Positions 20,975 through 31,490 of a stretch of 64,000 nucleotides of DNA are shown in pieces; position 1 is the stretch's first letter, and each line of letters starts with the position of its first letter. The position numbers and the translations under genes were made by a program. This DNA comes from a virus (lineage: Duplodnaviria > Caudoviricetes). The stretch spans positions 32,001 to 96,000 of the IMG/VR virus record IMGVR_UViG_3300021255_002539. One strand, 5' to 3'. A model generated the notes under the pieces. That model was not told where the DNA came from and did no database searches. It saw nothing but the letters and a program-made list of their open reading frames with translations.

Positions 20975-21724
20975 TCACCAGACCCTCCCGCCAACAATGT
21001 TCTTGAAGTTCTCCACTGTCATCCCATATTGGTCGATAACATCGGTGAACTTCTGCATTTCCTCGGCCCTCTTCGCCAACTTCCCCTCGTATTCGCCTAT
21101 AGTGGTCAAATGGAAGTTTCGGTTGCGGGTGAGTCTTTTGATGGTGGCTGTGGCAGACTCCCACAAAAAGGTATTCGGCTGGGTGTTGATTTCGTTCATG
21201 AAGGCCTCCACCTTGAGCATCAATCCAAGTACCTCCTTGGCGGAGCCCATTGTGTCCACTTTACCAAGTCCAATCTGCTTGCTGACCAGGAGAACAGCCA
21301 GTTCGTCGCCATGGTGGTCGAGGAACCTGCCAACCGTGGAACGGCATATGTGGAACGGCAAAGGGGCATTGTAATAGGGAATTCCATATGGATATCCAAC
21401 GAAATAGGGTCTTCCACCAATATTGGCGATGTATTTGGCATAATCTGTCTCGCCAACAGCCTTCGTCAGAATCTGGGAGTCGATGCATTCAAGGGACTTC
21501 AACTCGCCATCTGAACCAATATTGGCTATCCTCAACTCGAACCTGGGTGTATCCCCAAAGGGGTGTCGGTACATCACAATCCCAAACTTGACCTTGAACG
21601 CCACATTGCCAACCTCCACGCCATATTCCTTGTCGTGGTAGAATGCGTGGCGACGGTATCCTGGGAAATGGATACCATCAACCACCTTGCTCAATTTCAC
21701 GCTCTTAATATCCTTCTCGTCCAT
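20975..21724 (-). CDS. Hypothetical protein, paralog family
   Basis: HFPGY, NIGGRPYF; SD GGAGG. Confidence 0.7.
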   Translation of the reverse strand: MDEKDIKSVKLSKVVDGIHFPGYRRHAFYHDKEYGVEVGNVAFKVKFGIVMYRHPFGDTPRFELRIANIGSDGELKSLECIDSQILTKAVGETDYAKYIANIGGRPYFVGYPYGIPYYNAPLPFHICRSTVGRFLDHHGDELAVLLVSKQIGLGKVDTMGSAKEVLGLMLKVEAFMNEINTQPNTFLWESATATIKRLTRNRNFHLTTIGEYEGKLAKRAEEMQKFTDVIDQYGMTVENFKNIVGGRVW

Positions 21725-21741
21725 CTTGCTTCTCTCCTCCA

Positions 21742-22467
21742 CTACAGAGCAATCTCGATTCCAAACCTCTCGGAAAGCTCGTTCATCGCCTCTGCGGCGG
21801 ATTCTGAAATCTCCTGCTCCTTCTTCGTGTACTTCTCAATTTCCTTGGACTCTGCGTCCATCTGACTCCTGAGCCATGTGATCTTGCTTTTGAGGTATTC
21901 CTCTGATCCATCATGCTCCATGTAGTTCAGTTTTGCAAATGCGTTCCATGCCTGCTCGGCGTCGACGAATGTCCTCAACTTCTCAGGATATTGCGCCATT
22001 GCCACCATCGCCAACCCACAATGCATGGCAATCAGCCCTGCAGGAGTCCTTGGCATCGAACTCAGAACTGGAAGCACACTATATATAGTAAGCTTTTTCA
22101 TCCAATCGTGGGTGTCCATCGTCAGTAACGCCCTACCCTCAACCTCCTCTATGTTGAACTGGACGGGGCACATCGAGAGGAAGTCATCTGGGTTGGCCTC
22201 AACGCACATCTTGACCAGATTTGGTGGAATCGGTTCCCATTTCCCAGTAATGGAGTTGGGGTAGATTATCTCCTGCATGACCTGGCCTTTTCCATTATGG
22301 TAGTAGGTGTTCACGAAAAAGGCAATCTTCACGGATGTAGGGGAGTTGGAATTGGTATATGCCTTGAATGTGCGCACCTTGTACCCAGGGATGGTCAATG
22401 GGTTCATGGGTTCCGACACGAACTTCCAATAGTACCAGGATTCTGATGTTGGCAGTGAATGGTGCAT
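21742..22467 (-). CDS. Hypothetical protein, paralog family (apparent TAG stop)
   Basis: TIPGY, EAMNELSERFGIEI; follows early promoter; ends at TAG just before the next SD. Confidence 0.65.
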   Translation of the reverse strand: MHHSLPTSESWYYWKFVSEPMNPLTIPGYKVRTFKAYTNSNSPTSVKIAFFVNTYYHNGKGQVMQEIIYPNSITGKWEPIPPNLVKMCVEANPDDFLSMCPVQFNIEEVEGRALLTMDTHDWMKKLTIYSVLPVLSSMPRTPAGLIAMHCGLAMVAMAQYPEKLRTFVDAEQAWNAFAKLNYMEHDGSEEYLKSKITWLRSQMDAESKEIEKYTKKEQEISESAAEAMNELSERFGIEIAL

Positions 22468-22503
22468 ATGTATATACTTCTTCTTATCCTTCTCGACATG
22501 TAT

Positions 22504-22533
22504 ATTATAGCACATTCCCATGCCATCTGTCAA
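22504..22533 (-). promoter_or_regulatory. Early sigma70-type promoter
   Basis: TTGACA-18-TATAAT; the 14-mer TCTGTCAAGGGGGT recurs at 22563. Confidence 0.75.
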
Positions 22534-22606
22534 GGGGGTTGGCAAAGCCAACAACCTTGTTGTCTGTCAAGGGGGTATCCTCAAACAAGTCCAATGGCCT
22601 CAACAA

Positions 22607-23146
22607 TCAATACCATGGATAGTAGAACACAACGTGATCGTCGTCCCAATGCTTCAGGGCATCCTCAAACTCGTCTCCCCAACCGTCGGCGACAATCTTC
22701 TCCAGGTCGCCCTTGGTCAGGAAGACGTCCACCAGGTTGTCGTTGTCCTTGTCGTGCCAGAAGTTGTCTATGATATATTGATGCAGATCCCAATTCTTTC
22801 GCCAATATCCAATTTCCTCCACTCTGTCGTCCTGGTGGTTCAAGCCAAATTCCTCAATGTCGAAGATTGGTCGGCAATCTCGGTCAAGCACAAGTCCATG
22901 CTTCTTGGCAACCCTATGTGCAGCACGGCGAAGATTCCGAACCCCAACCTTCTGCTCGTCAGTGTATGTCCTCCAATCGTAGTATCCAAATTCGTCCTTG
23001 GGAAGGGAATCCAACAGATTCTTCCACCTTGGTTTCTTCATCAGGAGGTCGATGTCCTCAGAATATGCCCTTCGGATTTCATGAAACTTCTTCGTAGCAT
23101 CGACCCTGCGCTTGGAAGTCCTGTATAGATAGCCGTCGAGACCCAT
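22607..23146 (-). CDS. Conserved phage protein (MGLD...YWRK...W type)
   Basis: MGLDGYLY, EIGYWRKNWDLH and YYPWY motifs; early promoter TTTACA-18-TATAAT at 23182-23211. Confidence 0.7.
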   Translation of the reverse strand: MGLDGYLYRTSKRRVDATKKFHEIRRAYSEDIDLLMKKPRWKNLLDSLPKDEFGYYDWRTYTDEQKVGVRNLRRAAHRVAKKHGLVLDRDCRPIFDIEEFGLNHQDDRVEEIGYWRKNWDLHQYIIDNFWHDKDNDNLVDVFLTKGDLEKIVADGWGDEFEDALKHWDDDHVVFYYPWY

Positions 23147-23182
23147 TTCTGACAATCCTTTCCATAGATTTCTTTTCCAATA

Positions 23183-24733
23183 TTATAGCACATCTGACGG
23201 GGAACTGTAAAGGGGGTTATCCCAAAGGACAGAATGGGCGTGAATGAGGTCAAAGTCATGACCATCGCATTTCACCCCAAGCTCAAGCAGGAGGATGTTG
23301 TCTATCGTCCTTTGGTACTCTTCCGGGAACTTGACGCTCTCCATCATCTTGCCCGAGTTCTTCTTGCGCACTATGTTCTGCCTCTCAATGCTCTGCATCT
23401 TTTGGGCAATGCCAATCAAGGTGGTTCTGGCGTCAGAAGTCAGTTTGCCAATGAAGGTTGGCATTTCGTCGAGCATTCCCTGTTGGTATGTTATCTCACC
23501 ATCATACAAACGCCAATGCCAATAGCAGAAACTGGAATTGAGCCAGCAATAGGCAAGGTCTCTCGTTTCCTCGTCCTTGAAGCCCAATTTGCGCTTGCCA
23601 GAGCGAAATAGGTCAGAGACATATGCCACTGTATTGTACCTGCAAGTCGTTACGAAATTCAAGTAATGTTCTCCATCTGGGCAAACATAGTCGCCAAACC
23701 TCTCGCCGATTGACTTTGTTCTCCACGCAAACATCAAAGGCTCCAGTTGGGGGAAGCACTTTGCATATCTGCTCCCATTTGATGACCTTTGAGGGGTGTT
23801 ACCAACGAACTGGGACAGAAATTCTGGCGTCAGAACCTGGTCCCTCTCGCCATTTCGAAAGCGAACCATGCCAGCGACATTGAGTCCAATACCCAATTTG
23901 CGGTTGTCAGTCACCAATATCGCAGGTCTCACCTGGTTCTGCTGGTTGGTGTTGAACACGCCATGCTTCTTGCCGTTGAACAACTGACCTGGGGTGTTGT
24001 CGAAGGGGATGACGAAGCCAGAATACCCAGAACCCAGCTTCTCGCGCAGGGACTTGAACTTCCCACGACCCAAGTAGTTTTGTGGCGTGAGAAGCACTGT
24101 CCCTTGGCATCCTCCTTCGCACAACACCTTCTCCATCACTGCAGCATACAGTTCGTGGGTATCGTGGACTATCGTGGTCTGAGTCCAATTCTCGGGTATC
24201 TCGTCGACCTTTGCGTAGGGTGGATTGGAAACGACCTTGCAGTTATCTGGCAGACACACCTTGTCGTCCAGGAAGTCCCCAGGTCTCGAATGGATGTACC
24301 CAACAACATCGTCGCCATATATGAAGCCTATGGTATTGACGCAGATGTAGAGGGCAAGCTCGTCCTTGTCGTAGAGCCAGAGATTTCCTGACTTGATTAG
24401 GTTTCTCGCACGTTCCTTCCCAATGTACTTGAGATATGCCAGAATCAGATTGCCAACCCCACAACAGACATCACAGACATTCTCGCCAGGAAGATAATCG
24501 AACCACTTCGCCATCAAGGTTGCGACATCCTCTGGCGTGAAGTACTTGCCAAGCGACTTCTTGCTCTGCTTGTTCACATGCGCCAGTCCAATTTCGTATA
24601 GTTCCCCGAAGTTGGATATGGACAACACGCCATCAACATGGTCTGGATTGCCCTTGAACCTCCCCAATATGTCCATCCAGGTGTCGTTCAAGCCAATATT
24701 GTCAAGCGATGTCAGATATTCCTCAATTTTCAT
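23183..24733 (-). CDS. N6-adenine DNA methyltransferase
   Basis: GKYFTPEDVA, DVCCGVGNL (motif I), SNPPY (motif IV). Confidence 0.88.
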   Translation of the reverse strand: MKIEEYLTSLDNIGLNDTWMDILGRFKGNPDHVDGVLSISNFGELYEIGLAHVNKQSKKSLGKYFTPEDVATLMAKWFDYLPGENVCDVCCGVGNLILAYLKYIGKERARNLIKSGNLWLYDKDELALYICVNTIGFIYGDDVVGYIHSRPGDFLDDKVCLPDNCKVVSNPPYAKVDEIPENWTQTTIVHDTHELYAAVMEKVLCEGGCQGTVLLTPQNYLGRGKFKSLREKLGSGYSGFVIPFDNTPGQLFNGKKHGVFNTNQQNQVRPAILVTDNRKLGIGLNVAGMVRFRNGERDQVLTPEFLSQFVGNTPQRSSNGSRYAKCFPQLEPLMFAWRTKSIGERFGDYVCPDGEHYLNFVTTCRYNTVAYVSDLFRSGKRKLGFKDEETRDLAYCWLNSSFCYWHWRLYDGEITYQQGMLDEMPTFIGKLTSDARTTLIGIAQKMQSIERQNIVRKKNSGKMMESVKFPEEYQRTIDNILLLELGVKCDGHDFDLIHAHSVLWDNPLYSSPSDVL

Positions 24734-24792
24734 ACCTCAATTATACCACATCGTATAATTGTCATCAAGGGCATGCATAGAGAAGCCAGCAA

Positions 24793-25032
24793 ATGACAAC
24801 ACTTACGATTTACAGCTCGAAATACGACTCGAAGGAGAATGTAGTAAACAATGGAATGTCGGGAAAGGCCTTCCTGGACAGGGACAACAAGCTTGGAACG
24901 CCATTTGATTGCTTGGACGACGCACTACAATATGCTGTGGACAATAGACTGGCCATCAACAGGATAGAGTTCGACTATATAGACCAGGACGGCTGCCAAT
25001 CGTTCAAGAAGTTCGATGTATTCGATGCCTGA
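24793..25032 (+). CDS. Small hypothetical protein
   Basis: ORF after TATAAT at 24754, which is part of the palindrome CAATTATAC-N6-GTATAATTG shared with the methyltransferase promoter. Confidence 0.5.
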   Translation: MTTLTIYSSKYDSKENVVNNGMSGKAFLDRDNKLGTPFDCLDDALQYAVDNRLAINRIEFDYIDQDGCQSFKKFDVFDA

Positions 25033-25053
25033 CAATGGTAAATAGGAATTGCC

Positions 25054-26097
25054 ATGAAGATATTGAACAGAACATATAGGGATGTAATTGGGACAGAACC
25101 CAGTTTCCAGAAGACCACGATAACCGACCTCCCCGAGACGCAGGAACTGCTGGAGGGGTCGTTGATGCATGTCGCAGTGAAGGTTGATGACGAGAACAAC
25201 AACTACGAGTCCATGAGGATATCCACCGACAACTTCAAGCAGAAGATATACGAGTCAATATTGAATACCCTCAGGACGAAGTACTGGGACTCACACGAGT
25301 ACAACAAGCAGAAACGGGAGCCCAGCAAGAAGCACGATGTCGTGGAGGGACCCGACAGCAGACCGGCTGGCACATCGTTCAAGGATTTGCTCGACTACCT
25401 CGAACAGATGGACAAGGACAAGCCATCATCCGACAAAAACGTGTATGCTCCAGAGGAAGTTCCTGAACAAGACCCCAATGGCTTCGTGGATCACCTCTAC
25501 TACGACTTCGACTTGCTCAAGCGGTACATGGTGGCGAAGGACAACGAGATTGAGGGCACCATAACTGGATCTCTGTCGATGTCAAAGGACTTGGATTGCT
25601 ATTTCACAGAGCGCATGATGTTGTACTCCACAGACGAGGACAACAACTTGGAGGTTGTGGATTCGGTCAACGCAACAGATGGCGACTTGACAGAGAACGA
25701 CACCTATTGCCAAATGAAGATAGAGCCAGGCAACAAGATATCGAACGAATGGCAATGCCCCAAGACTGGCAATTTGGTCGTATATGGGTGGTTGGATTCC
25801 AGCAAGTGCCTCAACAACAAGGCGACCCCATCTGCGTTTTGCGTATTGGAGGGCATGATAGAGGACAAATGGAGGGTGATATCTGTCCAGCCAGTTAACC
25901 CAGCCAAGAACATATGCTATGTTGGCTTCAATCTCCTGGTGAAGGAAGGCTTGACTATACGGGCCAGGACAGGATTCGACGTTGGTGCCAAGTCAGGGCA
26001 GTACTCCAATGAGCAGGATGGCTTAGACACACTCTCCAACACCACGCCAAACGGCTTCAAGTGCATTATATACGCAAGAAAGGAACTGGAACAATGA
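25054..26097 (+). CDS. Late protein, possibly tail/baseplate associated
   Basis: Late motif ending at 25044; C-terminal FNLLVKEGLTI resembles FNLPVKQGTKI of the fibre at 49351-50850. Confidence 0.65.
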   Translation: MKILNRTYRDVIGTEPSFQKTTITDLPETQELLEGSLMHVAVKVDDENNNYESMRISTDNFKQKIYESILNTLRTKYWDSHEYNKQKREPSKKHDVVEGPDSRPAGTSFKDLLDYLEQMDKDKPSSDKNVYAPEEVPEQDPNGFVDHLYYDFDLLKRYMVAKDNEIEGTITGSLSMSKDLDCYFTERMMLYSTDEDNNLEVVDSVNATDGDLTENDTYCQMKIEPGNKISNEWQCPKTGNLVVYGWLDSSKCLNNKATPSAFCVLEGMIEDKWRVISVQPVNPAKNICYVGFNLLVKEGLTIRARTGFDVGAKSGQYSNEQDGLDTLSNTTPNGFKCIIYARKELEQ

Positions 26098-26558
26098 CCA
26101 TATTGGACAAGGCAAGAGGTGGTAGTGGAAAAAAGCCAATAGGCGAATCCACGACCAAGAAGGAACAACACGAAGTTGAAAGCAACAAAAAGAAGGAACA
26201 GCCAAAAGAGGTTGCCTCCGACGAGTCCAGTGCAATAGACCAGAATGCCCAATTGCTCACGGCAGTTGAGAGTCAGTTCAAGAACATAATGGCGGAGTTC
26301 CAGGCGAACACTGGATTCAGCGTAAACACAGGTGAGCAACCAGTAGACGCCATGATTGAGGTTCTGTCCAGCAAGGGGGTCGTCGTCTCAATCGCTGTCC
26401 TGTTGTCCTACATCCGCCACTGCATCAACCACGGCATCAAGAAGGAACTCAAGGTGAAGATTGGCTACAACAAGCCTGCTGGCGTCCCAATGAACTTCGC
26501 CGTGAACGAGGAGCTGCTTGAGGACATCTACCCAGGGGATGTAATCGAAATCAACTGA
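26094..26558 (+). CDS. Hypothetical late protein
   Basis: ATGA overlap with upstream gene. Confidence 0.65.
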   Translation: MTILDKARGGSGKKPIGESTTKKEQHEVESNKKKEQPKEVASDESSAIDQNAQLLTAVESQFKNIMAEFQANTGFSVNTGEQPVDAMIEVLSSKGVVVSIAVLLSYIRHCINHGIKKELKVKIGYNKPAGVPMNFAVNEELLEDIYPGDVIEIN

Positions 26559-29500
26559 CCACATCCACTATGTCCGTCTTGATTTCTGCATTTGCAGAAC
26601 CATCCTTCTTCCCAATCTCGTCTGTGGCGGCCTGATGCATCTTGTTCATCTCCTCAATCACCATGGCTTCCTTCGCCACTCTGACCTAGTTGGTGAAGTC
26701 AGAAAGCAAGTTGGACAATTCGGAACTTGAACTGTCGGCGTTCTCCAACTTCAACTCGATTATCCTCTCCTTCAACTAGCACACACTGGAGTCGCTGTTG
26801 ATCTTCTGATATGCAGCCCTGGTCAACCCTTCCTCGCTTCCCCACTTCCTCGCCACTATGTCGTTTCTGACGCTCCTCAACTTCTCCACCTGCATCTCGG
26901 ACTCCCTGTCCTGAACAATCTCCTTCTTCTCCTTCTCGTCGGCCACATCTTCGGCAACAACCACATCATCTGGAACCACCATGTTCACCTTCAACTGCGC
27001 CATGAACAATTGGTATAGGGTGTTGCCTTCGAGCATCTGGTCTATCTTGGTGTAGTCCTTGGCGTCCTGTTCTGTTATCTGGAACAAGTTGGTTCTGTTG
27101 ATGTCGAACTTGGCGTCTTTTCTGATTGCGTCCACATCCAACTGGAGCATCCTCAACTTCCTGGTGATTCTGTATATGGTGTCGAACTCGTCCCATGCGC
27201 AATTCTTGAACCAAAGGATCAACCTCCTCATCTCGGCAACTATGAAGTCCAGCACAACGACCCTGAAAAACCAATCCTGGTGGGTCAATATGCCATATGT
27301 GTCGAATTTCTGAAGTTCCCTCACCTTGTCCTTGAAGTACCTTGCCTTCTCGTCGGATGTGAGGTACTGAAGTTGCTCCCTCTCGTAGGGGTTCACAATG
27401 CGCTCGTTCCAATATTGCTTGAATACCCTGAAGTTCAGTTCCCTCCGCTTCACAGACACCACATCGTCGTGTTCGTCGAATGCGATTTGAATCATGTCAG
27501 TGTCAATTTGAACCAATTCGTCAGCAACTTGTTCTCTGTTCTGGCCTATTTCAGACACAGTCTTCATCAACTGCACACGTTTCCTGAGCAATTCGTCTCT
27601 GGATTCAAGGTCAGTGGTCTTCTGCAACCTGTCGTCTATTTCCCTGACATCAGATTGAACTTGCCTCAATTGGGCGTCAACCCTCCTGAGTTCCTGAATC
27701 CTATTCTTGTACCTCTACTGAAGCTGTTTCCTGTAGTCTGGCTTGAATGTCGTTTGCAGTTCCTCGTTGGGGTCTGGTCTGTACCACAAGGCGCTGTCTG
27801 ACGAATTGTACAGCTTGTCGAGGAACCTCTGGGAGTCGCCTATGGTCGCCTGGGACTGCTTGACTATCTCCACCACGCCTTGGGATGTAGTGGACTGCTC
27901 CCCTTGGTTTGTGTTCAACTTGCCAATTGTCTTGTTGTAGGTGGATTCCTCGAATGTCTCGATGAACCTGTCCAACTCGTCAGAATCGACTATTTCTGAC
28001 TATGATCCACGAGTAACCCCATTTGTGGTTTCTTGTTGTTGGTTGTTGGTGGTTTTAACTGGCGGGTCCTCCGTTAAGACTTCGCCGGCCTTGAACTTCT
28101 GCTGCACCTCCCCAGTCAAGATGGCATCGGTTGATATCGCACCATCCTCCTGCAAACCTGGCTTCACGCCATCACTGTATCCAACCATCTTCACATAGTA
28201 CTGAAAGACAGCCGTGTTCATGTTGTTTGGCAGACAACTCTTGAATGTGATTGAGAGCTTGTATGCGTCTGGAAGCACCTCAATTCCCTCCTGGTGGGGG
28301 TTCTTAATCGGCGCGACTGTCTCGTTGGAAGTGCCTATCTCGAACTTCGCCCCAGAGACACCACCACCCTTGAAGAAGTTGGTTGGAGTGCGTCTGTTGA
28401 GTCCCAGTGGATAGAGCTTGAAGTCGCCGGTGCACATCAAGTGGCGCTGACCAGTTGGCAGCCAAATCTCGTACAACGCGCCAGGGAACGCCAGAATGGC
28501 CTTTTGGATTGACCTGTTGTTGTGGATGATGGTGTTCACGCACATGTAGTTGTTGCGGGACTTCACGATGTTGTCGTTTATCAGGATCAAATCGAACTGG
28601 AACGAAACACCCTCTCCCTTTGGACCACCCCAAGTTGGTGCAGGGAACAAGTCGGCACCCCTTGCAGTCGATCCAATGGCACCAGCAGCCAAGCCGGCAG
28701 CCATTCCAGCAATGTTGCTCAAAACCGTCTTCAAACCCTCGATGAGTCCACCTTGTCCCCTTTCCCACTCGGCACTGTTGCTGGCCTCGTTAATCACAGT
28801 CGAGCTGTTTGCTATGTAGGGGAAGATGTAGGTGTTGCCATATTGCCTTTGGCGAAGTCCAGCATACAGGACATATGGAATGTCTATTACGGTCTTCTGG
28901 GCCAACTTCACATCTGCCATCTGGAAGATTTCCTTGATCTTGTTGAGCATGGAGTTTCCCTCCTGCTTCGCGTCGGCAGAACCCTGGGTGCTCTTTTCGT
29001 TCACATTGGCGTCTCCACCACCATTATCGTCTGGTTTTGCTGGCTGCCAAGCGGTTTTCACAGAATCAGCTATCTTCTTGATGAAATCAACCATCGTGGC
29101 AGCAGTGTTCTTGAAGAAGTACTCCTTCACCACTATGTATGGAACCAGGTTGAGCATGTCGTCCATGGACTTTATCGCCTCAAACGAAGCTGGCGTTATG
29201 GCTATTTGGGGCCAGGACTCCCTGGCGTCCTCTGGCCTAAACGAGTACATCGTCCAGTTTCCAGTAACGTGTCCATATGGGTTGAACCACTGTTGGTCGC
29301 CATCGTGCATCATGAACTCCATGCCAGTGACCAATTCGTTCTTCACATTGTTCCATCCAATCTTGCGTTGTCCACCTCCATTTGTGGTTTCAATCGAGTC
29401 GTCTTGTTGTGGTTGGTTCGCAGTCGGGTATGTCGTGGAATTTGGATTGGAGTCCTGGTCCTGGTTATCCTTGTTTTCCTGCTGCCTCTGCTCTTGATCT

Positions 29501-31005
29501 TGTTGTTCTTGGGTCTTTTCCTCTGGTGGGAAATCATCTCCTTTGTCCTGCCATGTACCCTCTTGCCTCCATTGATCCTCCCAATTCCTGTTGTTCATCT
29601 CTCCAGCCATTTGCTCAGACGCCTCTTCCATGGCCTTTGCCCTTTCGTCGTTGGCGTAGTCCTCTGCTGCCTGCTCCTGGGAGTTCTGCATCTCTTGCGC
29701 GTCCTTCTGGGCGTCGTCCACGGTTTCCTCCGCCTCCTTGTCTGTAAAACCAAGCATGTCGCCAATTGAGGAGAACAGACCCTTTGCCATGTCTGAACCT
29801 GCATCCCACAACGACCCAGCGAAATCCACCAACCCCTTCGCGGCGTCTCCACCAGTTGAAATCAACGACTTGGCAATGTCACCGACACCCCCAACGAGGC
29901 TCTTGCCTATGCCACCAGCGCAATCAATCAAACTCCCAGCGACATTCTTGGCAGTGTCCATTATGGTGTTTTGTTGTTGGTTGGATGCGCCGAATATGTT
30001 GCCGAGGACATTGGATGCGCAATTGGTTATGTTCTTGACTACATTTCCTGTGGTTCCAAGCAGGGTGCTTGTGGTGTTCCCCAGTCCATTCGCCAATGTC
30101 CCAACCAAGTTTCCAGCAGATTGCAGGGCAGTAGGCCCAGTTGAGTCGCCAATGTCGTCTGCCGTCTTGCCGAACTCGCCACCCTGGTTGTCATCTTCCC
30201 TGACTGATGCCAAAAGCACCTTGCGCATCATTGGCTTCCTCTATTGGGATTGCTCGACATCCTCTACCCCAAACACCTTGATGGCGAGTTCCCTGCCCTC
30301 TTCCTCGCCCACCATGACGATGGCATATGAAACCACTGTGTCGATCAGATTGTACTTCGCCGACACGACACTGTCCTTCAATTCATCCACCCCAACTCCC
30401 ATGACCTGAGATATGTCGGGCGGAACGACATCCTTTACTTCTGCTACCTAGTTCGACACATAATCCTCCATCTCGGACACAAATGGACCTATGTACCCAT
30501 CCAGTGTGTCAAGTGGCATGAATTCCCCAAACTGGTCCCTGGCCATCTGCCGTATGGTCGTCGCCACTTGGGTCGAGTGGTGGAGCATGGATCTGCGCGC
30601 CCGTTCCGAAAACAGATTCATCTCGTCATATGACTTGTAGTACAACTCAACCAGCCCATCTATCAGGTAGCCACATTCCTCAGTGAATCCATCCACCAAG
30701 TTCTTGGCGAGGTTCAGAACCCTGAGCGTCATCGGTCTCCTGGCCTCGTCTATTGTGCTTCGACCATCGAGGTATGTCCTGCCCAGTAGACCAACCATCT
30801 GACCAAATCCCATGTCCCCATCTGAACTCTGCGTTATCGTCTGTCTTCTGTACTCGCTGTCGAAATCCTCAGTCAATTCTGAACTGGTAGAGTCGTATGC
30901 CTCAACCGAAAGCTCAAGCAGCTCCTGCAGTTCAAGCACCCTGTCCACATGTTGCTTCAGGGTATTGACAACATCATCAACCTGTTTCTCAATTTCGTTT
31001 GTCAT
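26551..31005 (-). CDS. Large baseplate/tail protein with central gp48-like (tail tube cap) domain, about 1484 aa; TAG=Gln
   Basis: ORFs join across TAGs at 30448, 30241, 28000, 27715, 26776 and 26686 and end at TGA 26551. Central YIFPY...FPAPTW...FQFDLILIN...PGALYEIWLP...PDAYKLSITFKS. Next to the gp25-like gene. Confidence 0.65.
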
Positions 31006-31007
31006 GT

Positions 31008-31487
31008 TCACCTTCCTGAAATCGTAGTCTGTTCCTCAAACCTGGCTGCATCTGCGCCAGTGCCACCAACGACGCTGTACACCACCCTCACATGCAGGGC
31101 GTTCGACTCCTCAGAATCGTTGTCGTCCTCCCTCTTGACAGCAACAGTCTCCACCTTCGCCCTAGGTTCGTTTTCCTCAATCGCCCTCTTGATCTCCTCG
31201 CATATCTGGTCCTGGTTGAATTGGTTCATCTGAGAGTACATCGACAACTTCAACTTGTGCCCGAACTCTGGCCTCAATATGCTCTCTCCAACCCTCCACA
31301 TCAATATGTTTCTCACGGAAACCCTCACAGCATCCACATCCACCACCATTGGCACCTCAAGCAAATCGACGCCAGTCCTCCCAACGACTGGTCCCTTGTA
31401 CTCAAGCATGTCGATGTCCGAGTAGTGCCACCTTCTCTTCAACCTATCCTGCGTAGGCGCGTCGAGTTTTACAATCATGCTTCCCAT
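31008..31487 (-). CDS. Baseplate wedge subunit, gp25-like
   Basis: DVDAVRVSVRNILMWRVGESILRPEFG...IKRAIEENEPRAKV is the GPW/gp25 signature. Confidence 0.9.
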   Translation of the reverse strand: MGSMIVKLDAPTQDRLKRRWHYSDIDMLEYKGPVVGRTGVDLLEVPMVVDVDAVRVSVRNILMWRVGESILRPEFGHKLKLSMYSQMNQFNQDQICEEIKRAIEENEPRAKVETVAVKREDDNDSEESNALHVRVVYSVVGGTGADAARFEEQTTISGR

Positions 31488-31490
31488 GTG

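Noticed and set aside
26568-26570. Apparent terminal TAG for the gp48-like gene
   Set aside because: It is out of frame on recount; the gene ends at TGA 26551.
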